The notes below the pieces were generated by a model. The model was not told where the DNA came from. It saw nothing but the letters and a program-made list of their open reading frames with translations, and did not search any database. Positions 21,047-29,832 of a stretch of 64,000 bases of DNA are shown piece by piece (the first letter of the stretch is position 1; each line of letters opens with the position of its first letter). Location of the stretch: positions 323 through 64,322 of IMG/VR virus record IMGVR_UViG_3300014501_000017. One strand, 5' to 3'. The stretch is from a virus. Its lineage: Duplodnaviria; Caudoviricetes. A program made the translations under genes and the position numbers.

Positions 21047-23146
21047 ATGTCTTTTAGCGTATCACCCGCTGTAACATTCTCGGAAGTAGATTTAACACTC
21101 GTTGTTAGTGCAACGGCCCTTACAGTTGCGGCTTTCGCAGGCGTATTTGCATGGGGTCCAGTTGGAGAAGCTACTCAGGTAACATCTTCAGGCGATTTAA
21201 TTCAGTCTTATGGAGAACCATCAAATTTCAACTTCGAAACATGGTTCACAGCCTATAACTATCTTTCATACTCAAATAACTTGCTTATTTCTCGTGCAGC
21301 AAACACAACAAATGCAAATGGAACTCTATCAGCTATCGCTAACTCAGTTGATTTAATTGGGGCTAACACCTATTACACAATTCCAAATGCTGATGTTTAT
21401 GAAGCAGAAGTTACTGCAAACGGTTCATTTTTCACTGGTCAGGGTGCCAACTTTATCGCAAAATACCCTGGATCAATCGGAAATTCACTAAGAATCTCTC
21501 AGTGTGATTCAGTTGAATCATATTCTTCAAACATTAACCTATTGAATGTTTCTCACTCAAATGCAACAGCAAATGCCGTTACTGCTAACGTTACAGGAAC
21601 AGGAATCACATTTGTTGCAGGTTCAAATCAGGCTATTATAGCACTAGCAAATGCATCTGGATATACTTCTACTAATACAGCAGCAGTAGCTACACTTCTA
21701 TCAACATTGATTGTTCCGGGAGATAAGTTGCTTGCTGGAAACAGCACTATCGGAACACAGTACCTACAGGTTGTAAATACAACAGTTTCATCAAATGGAA
21801 GTACCGGTCAGGCTAACCTATTAATTAACTTTTCAACTACTTTTAACTTGTCTGGAAACGTAACTCAGACAGTTGTTCAAAGATATTGGGAGTACTTTGG
21901 ATTGTTCTCTGGACCTCCAACACAGTCTAAGTATGTTGCAAATTTTGGAAACACAGCAGCAAATGACGAATTGCATATAGTTGTAATCGACAATGGTGGA
22001 TTATTCACTGGAATCCCAGGTGGGGTTTTGGAAGAATGGCCATTTATGTCAAGAGCAAAAGATGCAATGTCAATGCAGGGAAACTCAATTTATTACGTAA
22101 ACGTATTAAATCAGGGTTCAGAATTTGTATGGTTTGCTGATGATCGTTCTGGAGCAAATTCTGCACTATCAGCAGCAGTTATTTCTTCAACAAATTTTGT
22201 TCCTGAATACCTAGATTTCGTATTTGGACAGGATGGAGCACCAGAAGCAACAGTAGCAGTTGGCGATATCGCATCTGCCTATAACGTATTCCAAGATTCA
22301 AGTAATGTATCAATTTCACTTGTTATGACAGGAAGAAATGATTCATCAGCCGTAATCGGAAACTACGTTATAAACAATGTCTGCTTGAAACGTCTTGATT
22401 GCGTAGCATTCATTTCACCACCAAACTCAGCAGTTGTTAATAATCGTGGAAATGAAGCTGCTTCATGTATCACATTCAGAAACTTGCTTCCATCAACTTC
22501 ATACGGATTCTTGGATTCTGGATATGGATATCAGTATGACCAGTACAATGACGTAAACAGATGGATTCCTCTAAATGGACATATGGCTGGTCTATGCGCT
22601 CGCACAGACTCAACAAATGCTCCATGGTGGTCACCAGCCGGATATAACCGTGGTATTCTAAAGAATATCATTAAGTTGGCATGGAGTCCTTCAAAACCAC
22701 AGAGAGATTCAATTTTCTCAAATCAGATCAATCCTGTTATTACACAGAACGGATTTGGAACATTGCTTCTTGGAGATGCAACATTGCTTGATGAAGACTC
22801 AGCGTTTACATCAATCAGCGTTCGTCGTCTATTCATTGTTCTTGAAGTTGCTATCTCAACAATGGCAAAGTTTTACTTGTTCGAATTCAATGATGCATTT
22901 ACTCAGCAACAGTTTGTGTCAACAGTTACACCTTACTTGCAGAACATCAAGAATCTACGTGGTGTTACAAGTTTCGCAGTAATAGCTGATAGCACAAACA
23001 ACACAGCCGAAATCGTTGATAACGAAGACTTTATAGGAGATATCTATATCGTTTCAGCACGTCAAATTAGAGACATTCAGTTGAACTTCGTGGCTTCACC
23101 AGATGGTGTAGCATTCAGTGAAATCGAAGGTCAGTTTGGCGGATAA
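21047..23146 (+). CDS. gp18: Tail sheath protein gp18
   Basis: SPAV...EVDLT, FAWGP, PWWSPAGYNRG, INPV, ISVRRLFI, FEFND.FT. Confidence 0.96.
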   Translation: MSFSVSPAVTFSEVDLTLVVSATALTVAAFAGVFAWGPVGEATQVTSSGDLIQSYGEPSNFNFETWFTAYNYLSYSNNLLISRAANTTNANGTLSAIANSVDLIGANTYYTIPNADVYEAEVTANGSFFTGQGANFIAKYPGSIGNSLRISQCDSVESYSSNINLLNVSHSNATANAVTANVTGTGITFVAGSNQAIIALANASGYTSTNTAAVATLLSTLIVPGDKLLAGNSTIGTQYLQVVNTTVSSNGSTGQANLLINFSTTFNLSGNVTQTVVQRYWEYFGLFSGPPTQSKYVANFGNTAANDELHIVVIDNGGLFTGIPGGVLEEWPFMSRAKDAMSMQGNSIYYVNVLNQGSEFVWFADDRSGANSALSAAVISSTNFVPEYLDFVFGQDGAPEATVAVGDIASAYNVFQDSSNVSISLVMTGRNDSSAVIGNYVINNVCLKRLDCVAFISPPNSAVVNNRGNEAASCITFRNLLPSTSYGFLDSGYGYQYDQYNDVNRWIPLNGHMAGLCARTDSTNAPWWSPAGYNRGILKNIIKLAWSPSKPQRDSIFSNQINPVITQNGFGTLLLGDATLLDEDSAFTSISVRRLFIVLEVAISTMAKFYLFEFNDAFTQQQFVSTVTPYLQNIKNLRGVTSFAVIADSTNNTAEIVDNEDFIGDIYIVSARQIRDIQLNFVASPDGVAFSEIEGQFGG

Positions 23147-23171
23147 ATATAGGTAGAACTTAGGAGAAAAC

Positions 23172-23735
23172 ATGCCACTATCAATTACTGAAATTCAAGC
23201 AGCCCTATCATTAGGTGGAGCACGTCCTACACTATTTTCTGTAGTATTGACTGCACCAGCAGGGGGAATTGGACTTTCATCAGCAGCTATTGTAGAAACA
23301 CCTTTCTTAATTCATGCAGCAACATTGCCTGAGTCTGCGTTGGGAACTATTCAGGTTCCTTATTATGGAAGAAAGATTAAATTATATGGAGATAGAACTT
23401 TCCAGCCTTGGACTGTATCTGTATTGAATGATGAAGATTTCTTGATTCGAAACATGCTAGAAATCTGGTCTGAAAATATGAACTCACTTACAGGTAACTT
23501 GCTTGAATTTGCATCTGCTTCACCAGCACTATATAAGGGATCGGCTCTAGTTACACAGTATTCAAAGACCGGCCTACCAGTAAGAAATTATACTTTTAAT
23601 GGATTATGGCCTTCTATTATCGCTCCTATTGAAGTTAATTGGTCTTCAAACGATCAGATTGAATCTTTTAATTGTACATTCGAATATGATTACTGGACAC
23701 AGAGTTCAATCACAGGAACAAGCATAAACGCATAA
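23172..23735 (+). CDS. gp19: Tail tube protein gp19
   Basis: GGARPTLF, VPYYGR.IKL.GDRTF.PWTV.V.NDEDF.IR, IESF..TF.YDYW. Confidence 0.95.
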   Translation: MPLSITEIQAALSLGGARPTLFSVVLTAPAGGIGLSSAAIVETPFLIHAATLPESALGTIQVPYYGRKIKLYGDRTFQPWTVSVLNDEDFLIRNMLEIWSENMNSLTGNLLEFASASPALYKGSALVTQYSKTGLPVRNYTFNGLWPSIIAPIEVNWSSNDQIESFNCTFEYDYWTQSSITGTSINA

Positions 23736-23759
23736 TCAAGTTGACTAAATATCTTTGTT

Positions 23760-24401
23760 ATGTATATTGTTTATAAATTAATTGCTCCTAATGGTAAACC
23801 TTATATTGGATATACTGGCAATTCTTTAACAAAAAGATTATCAGGTCATAAGGCTTATGCATTTAATAATATAAAAGGAAGAAATACAAAAATGTCTAGA
23901 GCGATTAGAAAATATCCTCTAGAAAAATGGTCTAGTGAAATATTATTTGAATGTGAAACGATGCATGAAGCATGTATCAAGGAACAAGAATTAATTAAAA
24001 ATTTTGATTCTATTCAACGTGGATATAATACATCTATCGGCGGTGAATCTAGTTCTTTAGGTTGTCATTTTAAATTTTCCAAATCACACAAGAAAAAATT
24101 ATCATTGGCGGCTAAAAAAAGATTTGAATTGATAGACCAAAGAAAAGAAAAAAATCCATTTTGGTCTGGATGGTGGGTTACTCCGTGGGGAAAATTTACT
24201 ACTATATTAGAAGCTACAACTAATTCTCCAGTTAAAGCAACCTTACCAACAATTTATGGATTATGTAAGAAAAATAAAAACATTATTAGTAAATTTTCTT
24301 TAAGAAAAGGAAAATTTGTTACAAAAAATGATATAGGTAAAACATACAAAGAAATTGGTTTTGATTTTATTCCTTGTATGAATATAACTTGTGAGGTATA
24401 A
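23760..24401 (+). mobile_element. Free-standing GIY-YIG homing endonuclease between gp19 and gp20
   Basis: MYIVYKL...NGKPYIGYT...KRL..H, conserved E, GYN..IGG; NUMOD3-like HKKKLS segment; own late promoter at 23745. Confidence 0.88.
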
Positions 24402-24406
24402 TTACC

Positions 24407-26092
24407 CTGGAATTATTCGGATTTAAAATAACTCGAAACAAAGATGAAGAACAAGATAATCTTCAAGCTATTGTTCCTGAATCTAGTGATGACGGGGCCG
24501 TTGTTGTTCAAAACGGGGGAGTTACTGGCTCCTATGTTGACCTAGATGGAACCATCCGTTCCGAAGCTGAATTAATAAACAAATATCGTGAAATGTCAGA
24601 AAATCCTGACATGGAATTGGCCATCGATAACATCACCAATGAAGGTGTTGTTCATGAAGAAGGCAAAGAAATTATTGATATCCTTCTAGACAAGACCGGC
24701 CTACCAGATAAAATCAAAGAAATTCTTATAGATGAATTCAATTATGTTAAATTACTTTTTGAATTCGATTCACAGGCATATGAACTATTCAAACGTTGGT
24801 ATGTAGATGGCCGTCTTTATTTCCAAGCCCTTATTGATCTAAAAAATCCAGAAGAAGGTATTCAGGAAGTTCGTTATATTGACCCACGTAAGATAAGAAA
24901 AGTTCGTGAAGTTAAGGTTATTCGAGATGGAAGAACTGGCGCACCAATGACCAAGACAGTTGCTTCATATTATGTTTTTAATGAAAAAGGATTAGTAACA
25001 CCAGGTGGAAGTACCAATGCCGGTTCTAATTATGGAACCAGTTCTGGAGTAAAGATTTCAACTGATTCAATTATCCATGTAACATCTGGTATCACATCAG
25101 CCAAGGGTGATATCATTCTTTCTTATCTTCATAAAGCTATTAAACCACTTAACATGTTAACTTCTCTTGAAGATTCTCTAGTAGTATATCGAGTATCAAG
25201 AGCACCAGAAAGACGTATATTTTATATCGATATTGGTAATCTTCCTAAAGCAAAGGCCGAACAATATGTAAAAGATATGATGACCAAGTTTAAGAATAAG
25301 GTTGTATATGATTCTGCAACTGGTCAGATTCGTGATGATAGAAAGTTTATGACTATGTTGGAAGATTTCTGGTTGCCCCGTCGTGAAGGTGGCCGTGGAA
25401 CCCAAATTGAAATTCTACCCGGTGGACAGAACCTTAATCAGATTGATGATATCATTTTCTTCCAGAGAAAATTATTCCGTTCATTAAATGTACCTATTAC
25501 TCGTCTTGACCCAGAAGCCATGTTTAACTATGGTCGTGCCAATGAAATAACTCGTGATGAAGTTATTTTCATGAAGTTCATTGATCGTCTAAGACAGAAG
25601 TTTTCACAACTGTTTAAGGCAACCATGGGTAAACAGTTAATCCTTAAGAACATAATGACTCCTGATGAATGGGAGTCTATCCAGCATCTAATTAGATTTA
25701 AATATGCATCTGACTCATATTTCGAAGAATTAAAGAATGCCGAGATTATGACTGAAAGATTCACCCTATTGGAAACAGCTATGCCTTATGTTGGAAGATA
25801 TTATTCAAATGCCTTTATCCGTAAGAAGCTTCTATTCCAGACAGATGAAGAAATCAAGCATGAGGATACAGAAATAGTAGCAGAATTGAGTAATCCTCTA
25901 TATAACCAGCCGGTTAATATGGAAGGAATGCCTATTGCTGCCAATGCTGTTGACCCAAATAATCAACCAGACCCTAATCCACCTCCACCACCAGCACCAA
26001 AGGCGGCTCCAGCACCAAAACCACAGCCGGTTCAAGTAACTGTTAATGTAGATGGAAAGAAAGGAAGCAAAAAGCCTAAAAAAACTAAATAA
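24407..26092 (+). CDS. gp20: Portal protein gp20 (start extended to CTG at 24407; ORF track starts at 24593)
   Basis: In-frame upstream LELFGFKITR...ELINKYREM matches the gp20 N-terminus; WYVDGR, YRVSRAPERRIFYIDIGNLPK, EDFWLPRREGGRGT. Confidence 0.95.
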   Translation: MELFGFKITRNKDEEQDNLQAIVPESSDDGAVVVQNGGVTGSYVDLDGTIRSEAELINKYREMSENPDMELAIDNITNEGVVHEEGKEIIDILLDKTGLPDKIKEILIDEFNYVKLLFEFDSQAYELFKRWYVDGRLYFQALIDLKNPEEGIQEVRYIDPRKIRKVREVKVIRDGRTGAPMTKTVASYYVFNEKGLVTPGGSTNAGSNYGTSSGVKISTDSIIHVTSGITSAKGDIILSYLHKAIKPLNMLTSLEDSLVVYRVSRAPERRIFYIDIGNLPKAKAEQYVKDMMTKFKNKVVYDSATGQIRDDRKFMTMLEDFWLPRREGGRGTQIEILPGGQNLNQIDDIIFFQRKLFRSLNVPITRLDPEAMFNYGRANEITRDEVIFMKFIDRLRQKFSQLFKATMGKQLILKNIMTPDEWESIQHLIRFKYASDSYFEELKNAEIMTERFTLLETAMPYVGRYYSNAFIRKKLLFQTDEEIKHEDTEIVAELSNPLYNQPVNMEGMPIAANAVDPNNQPDPNPPPPPAPKAAPAPKPQPVQVTVNVDGKKGSKKPKKTK

Positions 26093-26111
26093 TTAAGAGG
26101 ATTTTAATCAA

Positions 26112-26330
26112 ATGGCCGATTCAACAATTCAAGACATTATTACCCATGCTGTAAACAATGAAGCCGATCAAGTAAAGGTTTCTGTTTATGATATTCTTCA
26201 GGCCAAGGTAGCCGATTATCTAGATGACAGAACAAAGTATGTTGGAAAAACTATGTTTAAAAAGCCTCAAGAAGCAGAAGTCATAGATGCTGCTCCAGAA
26301 GTAGTACCTACTGAAGCAAAGGTCGCATAA
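26112..26330 (+). CDS. Small prohead core protein (gp67-like by position)
   Basis: Short protein right after portal, with late promoter and SD GAGG. Confidence 0.6.
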   Translation: MADSTIQDIITHAVNNEADQVKVSVYDILQAKVADYLDDRTKYVGKTMFKKPQEAEVIDAAPEVVPTEAKVA

Positions 26331-27808
26331 TGAAACCATCACTAAAATATCTTCTAGATACAATTCGCGCTAAGGGAGAAAGAGATTTTGTTGCTAAAAA
26401 CGAAAAATCAGACTCTAAACTTGCCCGTAACCTAGTAGCAGACAACGCATCAAATCCTTCTATTGGATCAAACGGAAAAGACCCATTTAAGGGTCCTGGT
26501 GTTGAGCCTCTAGAGGGTGCCAAGACCCTTCATGCTGGAAATCTTCCAGGTGAAGATGCAGACATGTATGAAGATGTTTCTCCAGAAATCAAAGAGAAAT
26601 TAAAAAAAAACAAAGAAAATAAGGCATTCACAGTCCATCTAAAACACAAAGAAACTGGAAAATCCAATACTACTACAGTAAAGGGAGTTACTCCAGATGA
26701 TGCCTTAGATAAGGCTGAAGTAAAGTTTCCTCAACATGAAGTTGTAAAGGCTATTAGACAACTTCATAAAGAAGAAAAAGTATTAGTTACTGATGTTCTT
26801 GATGAAGCAATGCGTCTATCTCCTGAAGAAAAACAGAAGCGTGATGACATTGTTAACTCAATGAAAAAGAATAAAGCCGAGTTCAAACATCGCTATGGAG
26901 CAAAATGGCAGAATGTTATGTTTGCCACTGCTACTAGAATGGTAACTGGTGAAGAAATAGATTGGAGTAATATTGAAAATTGTGATCTATCTGTAGAAAT
27001 TCTTACTGAAAATTATCTTAACAATATTAAACAAGAAGTTGTAAAAGAAGAAGCCGGTGGAATCTCAACTGATTTCTCTGAATTAGGTGATGGAGCAAAG
27101 GAATTAATTTTTCATGCTGAAAATACTCCTCACCTTGTAGATCATCAGAGAGCATTTATTAATCATACTGCCCGTCTTATAAAGAAGGGAAATTATACTC
27201 CTGAAAAGGGACAGGCAACATGGAGTCATTATGCAAACCATGCTGCACAGGATTATGCTTTTGATCATGATGCAGCAAAGAATAAGTTTTCAAAAGAAGA
27301 CAAACATCAAGTAGCTGGACATCTTGCAAATAAACATTCAGAACGAATATTATCAGGAATTCATGAAGAAGTAGAACCTATTGATTATAGTGATTTAATT
27401 TCAGAAATGAGAATGTCTGTAATCGATAATAAGCCTATAACTCTTGAATTTATTGATGGTACTGAAAAAGAAATTAAACCATCTAAAGCTAACCTTTTCT
27501 TGGAAATTTTTGATTCTCTAGAAGAAGATGAACAAGAAGACCTAGTTTCAATTGTATCAGTATCTTCTAAGACATTCAAAGCAATCTTAAAAGAACATAA
27601 TCGAGATGAAATGTTCTGCGGAAATTGTTCAAAATCTCTTAATCAACATCATTCAATGTATGACCTACTAGATCATATTGATAGATGTAAGATTGCTAGA
27701 GATGTTGCAAATCGCGCTATATCAAGACAATCTCAAAAAGATATCGATGGAGCAATAAATAGAACTAGCGGAATTGGTATGCCAAACGCAGTTCCGGTTA
27801 GGGGATAA
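26330..27808 (+). CDS. Charged prohead core/internal protein (gp68-like position), multidomain
   Basis: Between gp67-like and gp21; highly charged with many xxE/EE sites; ends with a LEFIDG...L.EDEQ core-protein-like segment. Confidence 0.55.
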   Translation: MKPSLKYLLDTIRAKGERDFVAKNEKSDSKLARNLVADNASNPSIGSNGKDPFKGPGVEPLEGAKTLHAGNLPGEDADMYEDVSPEIKEKLKKNKENKAFTVHLKHKETGKSNTTTVKGVTPDDALDKAEVKFPQHEVVKAIRQLHKEEKVLVTDVLDEAMRLSPEEKQKRDDIVNSMKKNKAEFKHRYGAKWQNVMFATATRMVTGEEIDWSNIENCDLSVEILTENYLNNIKQEVVKEEAGGISTDFSELGDGAKELIFHAENTPHLVDHQRAFINHTARLIKKGNYTPEKGQATWSHYANHAAQDYAFDHDAAKNKFSKEDKHQVAGHLANKHSERILSGIHEEVEPIDYSDLISEMRMSVIDNKPITLEFIDGTEKEIKPSKANLFLEIFDSLEEDEQEDLVSIVSVSSKTFKAILKEHNRDEMFCGNCSKSLNQHHSMYDLLDHIDRCKIARDVANRAISRQSQKDIDGAINRTSGIGMPNAVPVRG

Positions 27809-27809
27809 T

Positions 27810-28229
27810 ATGCCTATAGTAATTAATCAAAGCAGAAACGGAAAAGTAGTAATTCGTGCATTGGCAAACGAAAGTTATATTGTTGCAGGAAATACAACTG
27901 TATCAAATCTTATTTCATCTGACGACTCATCTCAAATGTTGGCAGGAAAAGGTGCGCCATATTCAAACACAGCAAACGTCACTGTAGTTGGTGCTCATAT
28001 CACAGATATCATGTGGGTTACAACTGGAGAAATTCAAATTATTCGTGGTTCCAACCTAGTATATGATCTATATGGTGCAGGAGAATTCCATCTAAGACAT
28101 TGGGGAATGGCTTCAAATAATGCTACTGTTGATTTTACTGCTGCCAATCTTGTAATAGATTTTGTATCTGGTAATGGAACACTACTTATAGAAGTTCAGA
28201 AAGATACATCATTTACATCAGAATATTAA
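27810..28229 (+). CDS. Hypothetical virion protein of head cluster
   Basis: ATG at 27810 with GGGGA SD; I..I.W...G...I.RG.N.V..L.G.G...GTLLIEVQK pattern typical of small head-cluster proteins. Confidence 0.6.
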   Translation: MPIVINQSRNGKVVIRALANESYIVAGNTTVSNLISSDDSSQMLAGKGAPYSNTANVTVVGAHITDIMWVTTGEIQIIRGSNLVYDLYGAGEFHLRHWGMASNNATVDFTAANLVIDFVSGNGTLLIEVQKDTSFTSEY

Positions 28230-28242
28230 GATTGTTTTAATT

Positions 28243-29829
28243 ATGAATTATTTTCGTAATATAATAACAACTTTACTGTTTGTTTTACTTTCTCTATCGC
28301 TATGTTCTATAGTTGGGGCTGAGACACGAGTTCGTGGAATTTCTAATACTCATAATCCAGATGCCAGTCCTATAGTATGTACAGTTCCTTCTGGAACTCA
28401 AAATGGAGACTTGACACTTTATTTTCTATCTCAAATTGGTACAGGTGGTTTTTCAACCCCATCAGGTTTAGTTGCTGTTAATTCAGAATCTACACAAGGA
28501 AATCTTTCAATATTCTCTCGTGCTGACAGTAGTGAACCAGCAAGTTATTCATTTACATTGGTTGGTGGTGTTGCAAATGTAATATGTTCTGGTGTTACTT
28601 TATATGATAACGGTGGTAATACACTTACTGCTGATGGAACTCAATCTCAAGTACAAACAAATACAGGAAGTGTAGGTACAGTAACACCATCTAGTTTAAC
28701 TGCATCAGTTACATGGGATGCAGCAGTGGTATTTGCTCAACAATGGGAAAATAGTACAGGATTAATTCAAACACCTATAGGTTATCAGAATATTTCTCAA
28801 ATACCTAGTAGTGGGTGGACACCTTATAATCTAGTTCTACAAAATCAACCATTATCCGGAACTATAACTTTTGAAGGAATGACTGCATTAACTGGTAATA
28901 GTTCATGGAACTATGCTTCTATTCTTATAAAGGGTGCTAGTGCTCCTGTTCCTGATTATCGTTTAAGAAATGCTACAATAGCCGGTTCAAGTTCTGGAAC
29001 TACTTGTACTCCAACAACCATGTCAGGAATTACAACTAATGATTTATTAATTGATTGTATTTCATCAGTAAGTACAACAGCAATTACTTGTCCATCCGGA
29101 TTTTCTAATTTATCTCATAATGAAACAACTGCTGCGGTAGCTGCATGTACTAAAACTGCTGGTGGTTCCGAAACTGGAAGTTATTCAGCAACAACTGGTA
29201 ATTCAAATAATCAATGCGAATTATTAGATTTTTATGATGCGGGTGGGTCTACTCTTATAACTCATAGTGGTTCATCAAATACCGCTACATCATCTACATC
29301 AATTACCGGTTCTAGCATAACACCAGCTGCGGCAACCGACATTGCTGCATTATGTGCATTTGCTTATCCTGGTTTAAGTTCTCATATAATTATAGGTACT
29401 CCTTTGTGGAATGAACTTTTAAATGGTAATGGAAATACATCAGCATCTTCGTTATTTGGTGGTGGATATTATCGGGCAGGACAGACAACAGCATTAACTC
29501 CACCTACAGTAAGTACGTATGATGCTACAGCCGCAACATTTAAATCAGTTACAATGGATATAGGACCAAATGCGACAGCCACAGCTACCGCAACCGCAAC
29601 GGCCACTGCTACCGCAACAGCTACTGCGACTGCTACTACTACTGCAACAGCAACGGCCACCGCAACTGCAACGGCCACAGCAACGGCCACCGCAACTGCA
29701 ACTGCAACAGCAACGGCCACCGCAACTGCAACAGCAACGGCCACCGCTACGGCAAAACCTTGGTTAACTATGCATATGTGGGATGAAGGATCAATTAAAC
29801 ATCAACCATCAGCACATCCAGCAGCTTAA
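28243..29829 (+). CDS. Signal-peptide-bearing Ser/Thr/Gly-rich protein with duplicated domain and long Ala-Thr repeat
   Basis: MNYFRN + hydrophobic core + VGA cleavage-like site; two copies of a P...G...[GN]DL...PSG...E..SYS domain; about 60-residue (AT)n tract. Confidence 0.75.
   Translation: MNYFRNIITTLLFVLLSLSLCSIVGAETRVRGISNTHNPDASPIVCTVPSGTQNGDLTLYFLSQIGTGGFSTPSGLVAVNSESTQGNLSIFSRADSSEPASYSFTLVGGVANVICSGVTLYDNGGNTLTADGTQSQVQTNTGSVGTVTPSSLTASVTWDAAVVFAQQWENSTGLIQTPIGYQNISQIPSSGWTPYNLVLQNQPLSGTITFEGMTALTGNSSWNYASILIKGASAPVPDYRLRNATIAGSSSGTTCTPTTMSGITTNDLLIDCISSVSTTAITCPSGFSNLSHNETTAAVAACTKTAGGSETGSYSATTGNSNNQCELLDFYDAGGSTLITHSGSSNTATSSTSITGSSITPAAATDIAALCAFAYPGLSSHIIIGTPLWNELLNGNGNTSASSLFGGGYYRAGQTTALTPPTVSTYDATAATFKSVTMDIGPNATATATATATATATATATATATTTATATATATATATATATATATATATATATATATATATAKPWLTMHMWDEGSIKHQPSAHPAA
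29572..29754 (+). repeat. Tandem coding repeat encoding (Ala-Thr)n
   Basis: GCN-ACN dicodon run; 24-bp unit ACTGCAACAGCAACGGCCACCGCA at 29641 and 29701, near copy at 29725; more GC-rich than flanks. Confidence 0.95.
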
Positions 29830-29832
29830 ATT

